A stretch of DNA of 62,198 bases, filler included, from Bonamia ostreae (taxonomy: Eukaryota): the NCBI GenBank assembly GCA_040357525.1. It is 8 parts of 8 records of this genome, joined end to end, with 100 filler letters (N's around TTAATTAATTAA, not from the genome) between each part and the next. Parts side by side here need not be neighbours in the genome. Positions count along the whole stretch, not along the records: positions 23,714 to 31,367 come from JBDODL010000072.1; positions 31,468 to 39,120 come from JBDODL010000073.1; positions 39,221 to 46,863 come from JBDODL010000074.1; 5 more parts are not named here. One strand, given 5' to 3'. The stretch's first letter is position 1. Each line of letters begins with the position of its first letter. Positions 27,301-39,271 of the stretch are shown in pieces. A program made the position numbers and the translations under genes. Under the pieces are notes generated by a model. The model was not told where the DNA came from. It made no database searches and was given only the letters and a program-made list of their open reading frames with translations.

Positions 27301-30300
27301 AGGTTCTTTACTTCCAATGGATTTGATGCTTATAAGTTTTTATAATTAAAATCTGTCAATAAATTTTAAAAGAATATTTGTTGTTTTGAAAACAGATGTG
27401 AAAAAGTTAAATTTTAAATATATTGTCTCTGAAAGCGTTTACAAACCCGAATTTTTGGTTTTTATAAAATTAAGATTAAATAAAAAATCGATTAAATGAT
27501 AAATTTTCAAAAAATTATAAAGAATTTTGATGTAACAAAATTCAATTTTCTGATTGAAACAAATAATCAAAACATTTTGGACAAAACGAAAAAACTAAAT
27601 TTTGAATACGAAAAATTAATAGCAAATTTGATCAGAAACACAAAAACAAAGAATTTTTACGTGGCAAACCACAGCAACATTTTGCTAAAATTACCAAAAA
27701 CTAATTTTTTGATAAAATATAACGAAAAAGCTAAATTTTCAATAAAATTTATGATTTTTAAAAACAATTTTAAAACAAAAATGGCTGTTTATTTGCAAAC
27801 TTTAACATTTTTGCAAAATTTTGCAAAATCTGAAGTTCATAATTTTGCCAAATTTAATAAAATCGGCAAAATTAAATTATGGGATAAAATTAATATCAGC
27901 TTTATAAGCGAAAATATTTCTTTGGAAGTTTTAGCTAAAGAAAATTTAAAATTTAGCAAATTCCAAAATCTGAATGGACTTCTTTTAAATATCAAATATT
28001 TAAACGCTCGATTATCAATAAATTGCAACAAAAACAAAAATTTGGAAATAAAAAATTTTTATTTTAATGTTGAACAAATCGAAATGGATTTGCTTTACAA
28101 AAAACTGCTTAATTTTAATAAAAATTTGGTCTTTTCATTAAATTGGAATAAAATTTTTTTGGAAGAATTATTGCTGCAGCCAACTCCCTTTGAAAAATCA
28201 CAAAATAATACTTGCGGCGTTAACAATAAAAAATCTTTTGGTGATTGTGGCAACAAAACCGAAAAGGGTCAGATTTGTTATATAAAGCAATTAAGTTACC
28301 GATCTCCCTTAATTCTTAAAAACGAAATAACAGACTTGGCCACAAATACCCCAAAAAATAATTTTGAGCCACCTTTTAACATGAAGATCATCGATATACC
28401 ACAAAAACCTCTTATAAACTTTTCTTCTATTTTCAAATCTCCATCTTCTGCAACATTTTGCAACGAAAAAGAAATATTGAATAAGAAAAAAAGTTATAAC
28501 GATGAGAAAAAATATTCAAATGAAAAAAGTTGCAACAACGAAAAAGAAAAACTTGATAATAAAAAAAGTAACATTGGGAAAAAAGATTCAAATGAAAAAA
28601 GTTTTAACGTTGAGAAAATTGATGCCGATAAAATAAGTCATAGATTAAGCATAAACGGCGTTAAAATATTGTACGAAGAAAAACTGATCACCGCTTTGCG
28701 CACGTTGTGGTGCCAATACATAAATTTTCTTATCTGTAGAAACAACAACATTGATAGCAACAATGACAAAACCGAATCAAAATATAAAAAATTAAAGATT
28801 CCGAAAAAAACATTCAACAGGGACACGAAAACATTATTGGTAACAGAAATCAAAAACGCTCAAATAAACCTTCAAATAAGAAAAAAGTGCGTTCAAATCG
28901 TTTTTGCTACAAGAAAATTGCGATTACAAGTCGAAAAGTACTTTTACAGATTGAGTACTATTACACAAATTTTTCTTGAGAAAATTTGCAAAGAATGCGA
29001 AGAATGGGACGGTAGTTTCATGAACGCGTTTCATTTTGCCTTTGAAGGGGCCCAAATTTTCTTGTCGCCGACTGATATTGATGTCTATAACCAAGTGCAT
29101 TGGATAGCCGATCTAATATTTGGTAACAATGGTTTATTAAAAAGTATAAAATATGTACTTTGAAAATTAATGGTAACAAAATTTTGGAAATAAAAATTCA
29201 TTGTTACACCCTCAATAGAATCTACAAATATAAGTGCGGGGGTTTTGCAACAGATATCAGATCCTTTTGACGTAAAAATGTCTTTTTTGAAAGATAAAAA
29301 ATTTCCTTTTCAAATACACCGCTCTCACAGAGCTTCGGCTCAAGTCGTCTTTCGAGACGATGAGATATCTGTTAATAAAAGCAAAGGTTGCTATATCATT
29401 GTTACTAAAAACTTTGACGACAAAAATTTAATAAAAGATTTGTTACCACAAAACGAACTGACGATGTGTTTACAGACCTTTTTCCCTAAATTAAGACTGA
29501 CAATGACAAAAGAGCAGTTCAATCTCACTATTGTTACCATTAAGTACTTCATTTTTAAAGAATATCAACAGGATAATAGCACTTTCGATATAAGTGCCAA
29601 AAATAATGGTTACAAAAATAAAGATATCAATTTTAATATTAAAAATAATTATAATAAAAATATCAATTTTAATATTAAAAATAATTGTAACAATATCAAA
29701 TATATCATTTTTAATCGCAAAAAATAATTTTATCAATAAATCATTTTTAATAATAGTAAGAGTAACAAAGTTATCAATTTTAATATTAAAAATAATTGTA
29801 ACAATAATAAAGATATCAGTTTTAAGGGTAACGATAACACATTGCTAATTGATAAACGACAAGATTTGAATAAAGTGTTGTTAGAACACACAAAAAAATT
29901 TTTGTCAAAAAGCTTTGTAAAATTAAGTTTGCAAAGTTGCATTCAACTGTTCTATTGGGATTTAAAGTCAGACATGAATGACGTTTATCTTCAATGCAGT
30001 ATTTGCATGTTGGAAATAAAAAGATTATGTTATGTAGAAGGCTTGAGAAAAACGACTTTGACCTTAAAGAAAATTTTGATCACTGAAATCAATTCGGAGA
30101 GAGGTGGTTTGTGTTGCGATAACAATTGTCAAAGTATTTTAATATTTTTTAATTACCAATTAATGTTCTTGTATAATTTTTGTAGCAACTGACGATAATC
30201 AAAGCACATATATTGATAATATTTGTAACAATAAAAAAGAAACAAATTGTAACAATATCAAAAACTTGAATGAAGAAAAGAGAAGCAAAATAATGAGAAA

Positions 30301-31010
30301 AATAGAACAAAGAGTGATATTGAGACCAATAATGGAACATTGGGACAACTCAACAGATATCATGTTTGTTCTCAATACAAAAGAAGGCCCTTTTATAAAA
30401 TGCAAAAATAGCAAAAATTTAATCAAATATTGGTACCACATAACAATTAAGATTTTTCCAATCGAAATGTTCCTTAATCAAGTTTTTAATTTTTATTGTC
30501 GCCAATTTTTTGTTTTTGAAATGATTTTTTTTAAATTATTTTTAGAGAAACTTTGTCTTTTTGTCAAGATATTTTTCCGAAGACGAAAGCGATCACAAGA
30601 ATACTCACAAAAAAATCTTCGAATCAGACAATTATGTCCGCTATTTTTCAATCTCGGACATCAATTTAATCTTACACGCCGAGTACTTGGGCATCAAAAA
30701 AGCGCTCAATTTTAATTTTAAATCTCAAAAATTGACGAACAAATTTTGGAATTGGAAAATCGTCCGCAATTGGATTAAATGGAAGGCGACTAAAAAATGT
30801 TTTAGACAAGTAAAGCCGGTTGTTAAACAGTTTTTGAAACAGTCTGTTGCGAGGAAAGATGCCAATGATATTTTTGGAGGTGTTTTTAATGCGGAGCGGG
30901 GTGTACCAGTGAGCGTCTTCATAAACCGAATTTTGGAAAGGGACTTATTAAGTAATGGCCCGGTCATCGAAAAATCAGTTTCTAGTTCTAAAGATACAAA
31001 AACAAATTAA
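24355..31010 (+). CDS. Bridge-like lipid transfer protein BLTP2 / Hobbit / FMP27 / SABRE family
   Basis: N-terminal hydrophobic anchor, LRDYPIPLI motif, NAQINLQ and GAQIFLSPTDIDV...VHWI (SABRE-like APTDVD...QW). Long, beta-rich, multi-exon gene. Confidence 0.72.
29610..29835 (+). repeat. Degenerate tandem repeat (atatcaattttaatattaaaaataatt...), probably intronic in BLTP2
   Basis: Several imperfect copies are visible. Confidence 0.65.
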
Positions 31011-31113
31011 ATGTGAATTTTTAAATTAAGCTTCAAATATCTAAAAATACAAAACAAACATTTATTATATTAAACTCGCTAACAAGTAAAATTAGTTAAG
31101 TCTAAATTCGCGG

Positions 31114-31367
31114 ATGTTTCCGTTTTTTAGAAAGAGGGCACTTTTTTATCTATCTAACAATGTTTTAAAATATCAATATGTTTATAGAAAAGTCCGAAAT
31201 TCCGGTTTGGTAATTCGGCGCGCTTTTTCTCAACTGACAGAAATTACTATGATGTTCTTGGCGTAAGCAAAGATGCGAGTGACAGTGAAATCAAAAAAGC
31301 TTATTTTAAAGTTTTCAGCATTAATTTTGAAAATAACAAAACTTAATTCGAAAAATATGCTTCAAAA
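31114..31367 (+). CDS. Mitochondrial-type DnaJ/Hsp40, 5' fragment truncated at contig end
   Basis: After removing a 26-nt intron the sequence reads MFPFFRKRALFYLSNNKSPKFRFGNSARFFSTDRNYYDVLGVSKDASDSEIKKAYFK, an Arg/Phe-rich presequence followed by the start of a J domain. Confidence 0.85.
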
Positions 31368-31581
31368 NNNNNNNNNNNNNNNNNNNNNNNNNNNNNNNNN
31401 NNNNNNNNNNNTTAATTAATTAANNNNNNNNNNNNNNNNNNNNNNNNNNNNNNNNNNNNNNNNNNNNTAGTAGATTAATTTTGTCTAACAATCGCATAAA
31501 TCTCTTTCAACATATTAAACAAAAACTTTTTTTGTCAATAAAATATTTCAATTTATTTTTAATTGCTAAATAAACGATAGA

Positions 31582-32442
31582 ATGGTATCAAAAATAATAC
31601 TTCTGTTTTTAACAAATATTTTGATCATGGTACAATCAGATTCCATAAACCAGGAAGTCGACGGAGACTTAAAATATGACATCAAAACACTTATATCCGA
31701 AAAAGACTGGTCTACACTATTCCCTGTTCAAGGAATACGCGGGTGCCATGGCGCAGAATTACTCTCACACAAAAACTTTGTCGCTGCGGTGGAAGAAGTT
31801 TGGGCCAAAGGCTCGAAGTTCCTCAGATCAAAAAATATGCAACAGAACCGCGTCGAGCTTGCTGCCTTCCTTGCACAAACCAGCCACGAAACTACCGGCG
31901 GATATGATGGTGCCAAGCCACCTCGCTATTTTTGGGGATACTGTTTCCCCACAGAAATATCTCACGCCAATAAATACTGCTCAGAGGCTTCAGCCGCTAC
32001 TTGCAAAGCAAACCACTACGATTGCAAGTGCGTTCCTGGTAAAGCATATTATGGAAGAGGGCCGATAATGCTAAGTTGGAACTACAATTATGGCAAATTC
32101 AGTCAAAGTTATTTCAAGGACAACCGATTGATGGCGAATCCTGATTTGCTGGAAAAGAAAGGCGATATCGCTTTTATTGCAGCTATTTGGTTTTGGTCGA
32201 CTCCCGACTATTCGAAGCCATCTTGTCATGATGTCATTCTCGGAATAACCAAACCTTCTGATGTAAGGGGGCGCGATGTCGGATTTGGATTGCTTACGGA
32301 CATCATCAATGGCGGGCTTGAATGCGGTCATGGCAATGACAAAAGGGAAAATGATCGGATTGGCTTCTATAACCACTATCTGAAGTACTTTGGAGTATCT
32401 GACAACCGTCAGAAATCTTGTGCCCATATCAGACCATTCTGA
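31582..32442 (+). CDS. Secreted glycoside hydrolase family 19 chitinase
   Basis: Signal peptide; AAFLAQTSHETTGG (catalytic Glu), WGYCFPTE, YYGRGPIMLSWNYNYG, AAIWFW, PSCHDVI, IINGGLECG, DRIGFY. Intronless. Confidence 0.95.
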   Translation: MVSKIILLFLTNILIMVQSDSINQEVDGDLKYDIKTLISEKDWSTLFPVQGIRGCHGAELLSHKNFVAAVEEVWAKGSKFLRSKNMQQNRVELAAFLAQTSHETTGGYDGAKPPRYFWGYCFPTEISHANKYCSEASAATCKANHYDCKCVPGKAYYGRGPIMLSWNYNYGKFSQSYFKDNRLMANPDLLEKKGDIAFIAAIWFWSTPDYSKPSCHDVILGITKPSDVRGRDVGFGLLTDIINGGLECGHGNDKRENDRIGFYNHYLKYFGVSDNRQKSCAHIRPF

Positions 32443-32889
32443 GTATTGAAGAGTAAATGCCTTAAACACATCATTTTCTTTTCGTTTTTGTGTAGTTTCA
32501 ATGTTTATATGTTTATTTTATAACATAAACTTTTAAAGTATTTGATCGTTCTTTTTAAATTTCACGTTTTGTTAAATATAGTAAATGTTTCAAATGCCAA
32601 AAATTCAAACACACGTACAAAAATTGTTTCAATGATATAAAGTGCAGATTTTGCTCTAAAAGAATTTTAAAAAGGGCGATAATAATTATATTAAATAATA
32701 AGGGAGATATAAAATAAAAAGGGAGATAAAGGGCTTCCTTGCGGAAGTCAGTGTTTAAAAGAAAAACTTCTCGTTTAACAAGAAAGTTTTTTAAAAATTT
32801 AAACATTAATTAAAAACTTATTTAAAGTTTAAACTTCTCATTTAAAGTTGTTTAAAAACTTCATTAGTTTAAAGATAACCAAGAATTCA

Positions 32890-33120
32890 TACAGATTTAA
32901 AATGTGACCTATTATTTGATTCTGAAGATGACTCCCACTTTAAAGATTTGAATATTATTTAACTATTGAATAATATTGGACTGTCTATGTTGCACCATTG
33001 TAATTCGCATTCCATTCCTGTGCGGTTTATCAATATTTTAGAAACTTTTTCCACATTGTCAAGAGATAGGAACATTCTGTCCCAATAGGGTTTTTGTCTC
33101 CCTACCGATTCACAAATTAT
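32890..33120 (-). pseudogene. Possible Myb/SANT repeat remnant (SNAPC4-like)
   Basis: A short frame reads EKVSKILINRTGMECELQWCNIDSPILFN then KW, resembling W.K.S...R...EC...W.N...P..N...W. No clear start or full gene. Confidence 0.3.
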
Positions 33121-33183
33121 AAAAAGTTTGATAAACAAAAATCTGTTAAAAATCGAAATTATTTACTGAATAAGCAAAGGTAA

Positions 33184-33672
33184 TCACTTCTTTGATCTAC
33201 TAGAAATCTTGGATGTGGAAGGTGGAATAGCGCTTCCTGGAGGTCCTGGAGGTCCTGGGGGTCCCGGAGGTCCGATATTTCCATTAATACCTGGAGGTCC
33301 TGGAGGTCCAGTAACTCCTTGGGGTCCAGGTTGTCCTTTCAAACCTGGTAAACCAACAGTCGGGGGTCCAACTGGGCCAATTTCTCCGCTAGGTCCCTTA
33401 GCTCCAGGAGGTCCCATTGGAGCGGCAGGTCCTGGTGGTCCGGGAGGACCTACTGGTCCTGGAATTCCTTGGGGGCCTGGTCCGCCTTTGCCTGGAGGAC
33501 CCTGTAGTCCAATCATACCAGGCTTTCCTGAACATCCTGGTTGACCAGGAGTACCTGGATGGCCTGGAGGACCGACAACATCAGGGCCAGGTGCACCAAT
33601 CTTTCCTATAGGGCCTGGTGGTCCTGTCGGTCCCTGCGGGCACAAATTCTTCATACTAATTTCCGTTTTCAT
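33184..33672 (-). CDS. Short collagen-like (Gly-X-Y) protein 1
   Basis: About 135 aa of Gly-Pro-rich triplets with short interruptions. N-terminal Cys, internal GCSG, Ser/basic tail, no signal peptide. Confidence 0.9.
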   Translation of the reverse strand: MKTEISMKNLCPQGPTGPPGPIGKIGAPGPDVVGPPGHPGTPGQPGCSGKPGMIGLQGPPGKGGPGPQGIPGPVGPPGPPGPAAPMGPPGAKGPSGEIGPVGPPTVGLPGLKGQPGPQGVTGPPGPPGINGNIGPPGPPGPPGPPGSAIPPSTSKISSRSKK

Positions 33673-34027
33673 TTGAAATCACTGAAGCAGTTAATCTATC
33701 CATTCTCGTTCCATTTACATTGAAGAAATTTTAAATATTTGTTAAGCTATCAACAATAAAAAATGTTTTTACTGAGTTAATCTTTATTGAATGATTCATG
33801 TCTAGATCATCTATATTTAAATTATGGGACAGAAGAAAGGGTATCAATAAGAGATTTAGGAAATCAAAAAGTATATAAAAACTCAAGAAGTAAAAAAAAC
33901 AAGTTAAAGAAGGATAACTAAGAATATAGCGAAAAGAAAGACAAAATCGAAACAACATATTTGCACTGTCGTTATTTACCACATAAAATTACAACAAAGA
34001 AATTTATTCACGATAACAAGAAGCCGA

Positions 34028-34513
34028 CTAATTATTTCTAGATCTTGCCGAAGCTGAGGAAAATGGGGAACCAGGCGGGCCTGGTGGTCCAGGAGGTCCA
34101 GGAGGTCCAATTAGTCCTGGTTCTCCCAATGGTCCCACCGGTCCTCCAAATCCTACTAAACCCAAATCTCCTGGTGGCCCCGGTGGCGCGTCTCCAGGGA
34201 TTCCTGGTGGTCCCGGGGGTCCTTGAGGCCCTGTTGGTCCAGGAATTGTCGCAGAGGCACCAGGAGGACCAGGGGGTCCCGGTTGACCAGGAAATCCTTT
34301 TGGACCAGTAGGACCGATAATGGACAGCCCTTCAACGCCATCTTCGCCTTGATTTCCCGGGCAACCAGGTTTTCCACTGCAGCCAGGTTCTCCAGGGGGT
34401 CCTTTTACCTTTTGTCCCGGTTCTCCCATTGCTCCTGGAGGTCCACAAGGGCCTGGCGGTCCTGGCGAGGCATCAGGCTTTTTTTCATAACAATCTTGAA
34501 AGCAATCCTTCAT
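34028..34513 (-). CDS. Short collagen-like (Gly-X-Y) protein 2
   Basis: [10 protein letters not shown] followed by triplets containing GPC, GCSG and GCP. Ser/Arg tail. Confidence 0.9.
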   Translation of the reverse strand: MKDCFQDCYEKKPDASPGPPGPCGPPGAMGEPGQKVKGPPGEPGCSGKPGCPGNQGEDGVEGLSIIGPTGPKGFPGQPGPPGPPGASATIPGPTGPQGPPGPPGIPGDAPPGPPGDLGLVGFGGPVGPLGEPGLIGPPGPPGPPGPPGSPFSSASARSRNN

Positions 34514-34755
34514 TAGTTCTTTCTATAAAATTGCAATCTTTCAAACATGTTCGACATGAAAGAAATTTAATTTATTTGGCTTTTCAATTTCGACTTTTTC
34601 AGATTTGATAATAATTCTCAAAATTTTTTTTAACTTTTCCCAAGAAGTTTTATTTTGGATAAAAATTTCTTTGAAGTATTTAAAACAACAAGAATTTTTA
34701 TTTTCCGCCTTCAATAGGAAAATGAAATTGCCAAAAGCCAAAATTAACCGAATGA

Positions 34756-35427
<672 letters not shown>

Positions 35428-35528
35428 TGGCAGACTTTAATTAAATGATTTCGTTTATCCTTTGCTGACTTTGTATTTGTGTCTGTTACAAGATTTACAA
35501 CATGTTTAAAAAAACAAAATGAAAAAAT

Positions 35529-35999
35529 TTAATTTTCGATTTTTTGCAATTTAAGTTCGTGCAAGAAGTCCTCCAGCATTCCGCAAGTATTTTTTTTAAC
35601 ACTGTTCGCCATTTTGTCGTGCCTCTCAAATTTACGCCAAAAATAAAAATCGCCTTTGTAATCGTGGCGGTCTGCAATTTTCGCGATGAATGAAAACTCC
35701 TCGCGCGATTTCGCAGTGTGTTTTCCCAGCTCATTCAAAGAGATCCCAAACACAAACGCATGCGGTGTGTAGCTCTGGGATATTTTTAACAGTTCCTCTG
35801 AAAACTTGGAAATATTATTGTCGCGTGGAATTACTTTTATTATCTTCGGTCTGTCCATGTATTCGTTCGAAACTGCAAAACATGAAAGGTCTTCGGTGAT
35901 GTTGATTCCGACGAATTTTGGAATCAGATTTTTTAATTCTTTATTTTTGACTTCTCTGTACAGATTCTGCAGCACAGTCGACGACCAAAAACTTTTCAT
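35529..35999 (-). CDS. YqgF/RuvX-like RNase H-fold protein, apparently catalytically degenerate
   Basis: FVGINITEDLSCFAVSN (cf. LGLDxG..IGVAVSD), PHAFVFGISLNELG (cf. PxxIVVGLPLNMDG) and FYFWRKFER (cf. xxDERLS). Confidence 0.6.
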   Translation of the reverse strand: MKSFWSSTVLQNLYREVKNKELKNLIPKFVGINITEDLSCFAVSNEYMDRPKIIKVIPRDNNISKFSEELLKISQSYTPHAFVFGISLNELGKHTAKSREEFSFIAKIADRHDYKGDFYFWRKFERHDKMANSVKKNTCGMLEDFLHELKLQKIEN

Positions 36000-36419
36000 T
36001 AAGTAAATTTATAAGAAGGCCTTAATGAAGAATATCTTATTAAAAGTAAACTTTCTTAAGATCACATTTTTTTAATTGCGTAAAATTAAAGTTTAAGAAC
36101 GTTTTTTAAGATTATTAGATTTAAGATCACATTTTAAGAATTTTGTTTCTGCTCTATTGAATTTAAGAGTACTCTGACAAAAATTTGATTACTTTAAAAT
36201 ATCGATTTTTAATGTGCAATTTTTTAGAGCAATCGAAAAGTCTTTGTACTTTTTCGAATGGTTGAATGGCTCATTGAAAAAACACAAAAGATGTTTTAAA
36301 CAAATAAAGTTATTAAACAAAATGGCATGTTAAATAGATTTCCTTTGAATACGAATTAAAAATGGATACGAATAAGATTGAAAATTGTAGTTTAAAAATC
36401 AGCAAGTCATTTAACAATG

Positions 36420-38930
36420 TCACTCTTTTGTGATCCAAAAACAGAGCTTGGCCACTTCTCCCGAAAAGTTTTCGATTGAATAACTATTTTGTTTGGGCGC
36501 CAAAAAACAGGACCCCTTAAAAAGTGCCAAACTGCTCCCGTTAATCAAAACTTTTATACCTCTCTCACCGGCTCCGTGAACAAAAAACATCTTTCCGTTA
36601 TTCTATGTAAAAACTTGATTAAAAAGAGGTTTTTCGAGCTGCTTAAGGGATTTCGGAGGGATCACCAAGAATCCAAATGAAAATTGATCAAAACTGAGTG
36701 CCTTTGTTGCTTTTAATTTTATTAAAAAACCAAAGACATGTTTTCCCTCTCCTTGGGCGATTTTTTTTAATTTGACGGAAGCAAACGATTTGGCCACAGC
36801 TTTAATTAAATATCAAAAACTTGCACTTTTGGGCACCAAATTACCGCTTCTGTTTTCTACCAAAACTTGTATGGGCTTTTCGACAGTGTTTAACTGATCT
36901 TTGACCATTGTGCTATCGTCGAAAACGATGGTCGCTTCTGATTTAGGAGACTTTATTTGTCGCAACAAAACCTTTGATGCTTTTGTCGATCTTTCTTTTT
37001 TCTTTTTTCTTTCTATTTTCTTCATCAGTCTTTCTTTTAAACTGCCTTTTTTCTCAACAATAGGTTCTTCTGTTTCACCAAAGTTATCAAAATTGTCGTC
37101 TTGGAAAGTACTTTTCGCTACATTATACCCCCCAATATCTGAATCGCCTTTAATGGCCGATTTTTTCAGTTTTTTCTTTTCTGATCTGCGCTTATTCGGG
37201 AACTTTTTTGCTTTTCTGTGCTTATCTGAAGCAATAAATTGTTTTGTTTTGTTTTTTCCTGTTTTCTTCTTTAGGACTTTTTTGACTGGGGCTATTAATT
37301 TAGGAGCAATTTTCTTTCTTTTGAGACGGACGGAGCTTTCAAACGTTATAGCTCTGCGTTTTCGACCCAGCCGCTTTTTAAGACTTTTGGCGCTCTTCGT
37401 TTTGGCGCGAGGTCTTTTTGCTTTACTCGGGACTGAATCGTTATCTGGATTAACATTTTCGACAATATCTGTTTCCCCAAAATCGCCATCGTCTTTATTT
37501 CCGATGACAATTTTTTCGGGGAGATGCTTTTTAGGGCCATTTTTACGACTGGCAACTTTGGTAACCTTTTTGCCAACAATTTTGTGCTTTCCTGGCACAA
37601 CAGATTGTTTTTCAGTTTTTTTGATTTTGTTTCTTTCATTGAAAATGACATAGCCGTTCGCGACAGGAAGGCCGTTTTCTCCTTTAGTCCACTTCACCTT
37701 TTCTCCGATCCACCATTTTAAAGGGGAACGCTTGTTCCTAATTGATCTTCTTTTGCCGGACATTGCGGCAGATTCAGTTTCGTCCATTGTTACAATTTTC
37801 GATTGAATACGTTTATTCTTTTTTGTTCTGTTTTTTGGTTTCGATGTTCTATTTTCCTCGGAGGTTATTTCAATTCTTTCTTTCAATGACTTTTTAGGTT
37901 TAATCTGTACATCCAAATCTCCTTCATTCATATCAAATGCTTCATCATTAAAATTCGGGTCTTCTTCGTCGAGCTTGTTTTCAGAAGACTTTTTTATCGA
38001 ATCTTTGAAGTGTCTGGACTTGAACGTTTTTAGCGATAAGATTGGCGATACAATTCCGATGTTCACAGCTTTTCTCGTTTTGGCTTTTGGTGTTCTTTTT
38101 AGTTCCTTAAAAATAAAGTTGTTGGCTGGAACCTCTGTGCCCTTTCGGATGTTGACATCTTCGGGTTTTTTCGTTGAAGAGATCTGATTTTTTGGCGGCA
38201 ACAACCTCTTGGATTTGCGAGGCCTTCCTCTAGATTTTTTGGCTGGAGCTTTCGATTTGTGTTTTTTTGCCGTGTGCTCTTTTTCTATTTTGTTTATTTC
38301 TTCGCCCAGTTCGTCCAGCTTTTCTTTTATCTGCGCAGTCTTATCGTTCGGGAGTATATCTATTTTCTCTGGCGCTTTTGCCGTCGCGTAAAGATTGGTT
38401 TTAAGTTTTTTGTCTTTTGTTATAAAAAAGAACAATCTTTAACTCGGTTTGATTCTCTTGTTCTGACGTAATCCGGGGATGAAGATGATTCTTCAAAGGA
38501 ATTTTTTTCTTTTGGTAATTTTAAATTACGGTTAGACAGCGGCGTTGAAAGTTTTGCGTTCGCTAATTTTGGTTTTTCCGCTATTTTGATTTCGCGTGAC
38601 AGAAGAGGAGGGAAGATAATGTCATTGTCGTAGATCAGGGAGCTGTTTTCTTTGTCTGGAAAAATTTAACTGCGAAACCGTCAGTTTCAACTTCTGCGTT
38701 GACCGAGTCTTCCTCTTCGTTGCTGTAAAGTAATCCATCCAGAAAATCTACTTCTTTTTCCTCGTTGTCCTCGCTAAGTCCAGATTTGTTCAAATCCAAT
38801 AACTCTTCTTCCGACCCCAAAAACTCGTTTTGTGAGCTGTTCAGAAAATTTGTGATTCTGTTTAACGATTGTTTCTTCGAAATTAAAATAAAACAAATAT
38901 TGTTGACGTGTTTGCGTGTAAATCAGACAT
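36420..38930 (-). CDS. CENPC: Centromere protein C (CENP-C/Mif2)
   Basis: CENP-C motif KRRSIRNKRSPLKWWIGEKV, AT-hook-like RGRPRK, and a C-terminal cupin (FSFGFLVIPPKSLK...YSIENFSGEVAKLCF). Confidence 0.88.
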
Positions 38931-39271
38931 GAACGATTTAGCTTTTTTTGTTTATATTTTTATATTCAAATTACCTATACTCCAAATTACTAAATCCTAA
39001 TTAGAGCTTAAAAATTTTTGATACAAATTTTTTATTTAATAAGAATTTAATCTCTCCATTTTACATTTCAAACTATATAAAAATTCTCCATTCTAATAAT
39101 GTTTACGAAGATATGTCGTTNNNNNNNNNNNNNNNNNNNNNNNNNNNNNNNNNNNNNNNNNNNNTTAATTAATTAANNNNNNNNNNNNNNNNNNNNNNNN
39201 NNNNNNNNNNNNNNNNNNNNAAAAAGCAATTCAATAATATCCAAAAATAAACAAAAAATAACGGCAAGATT

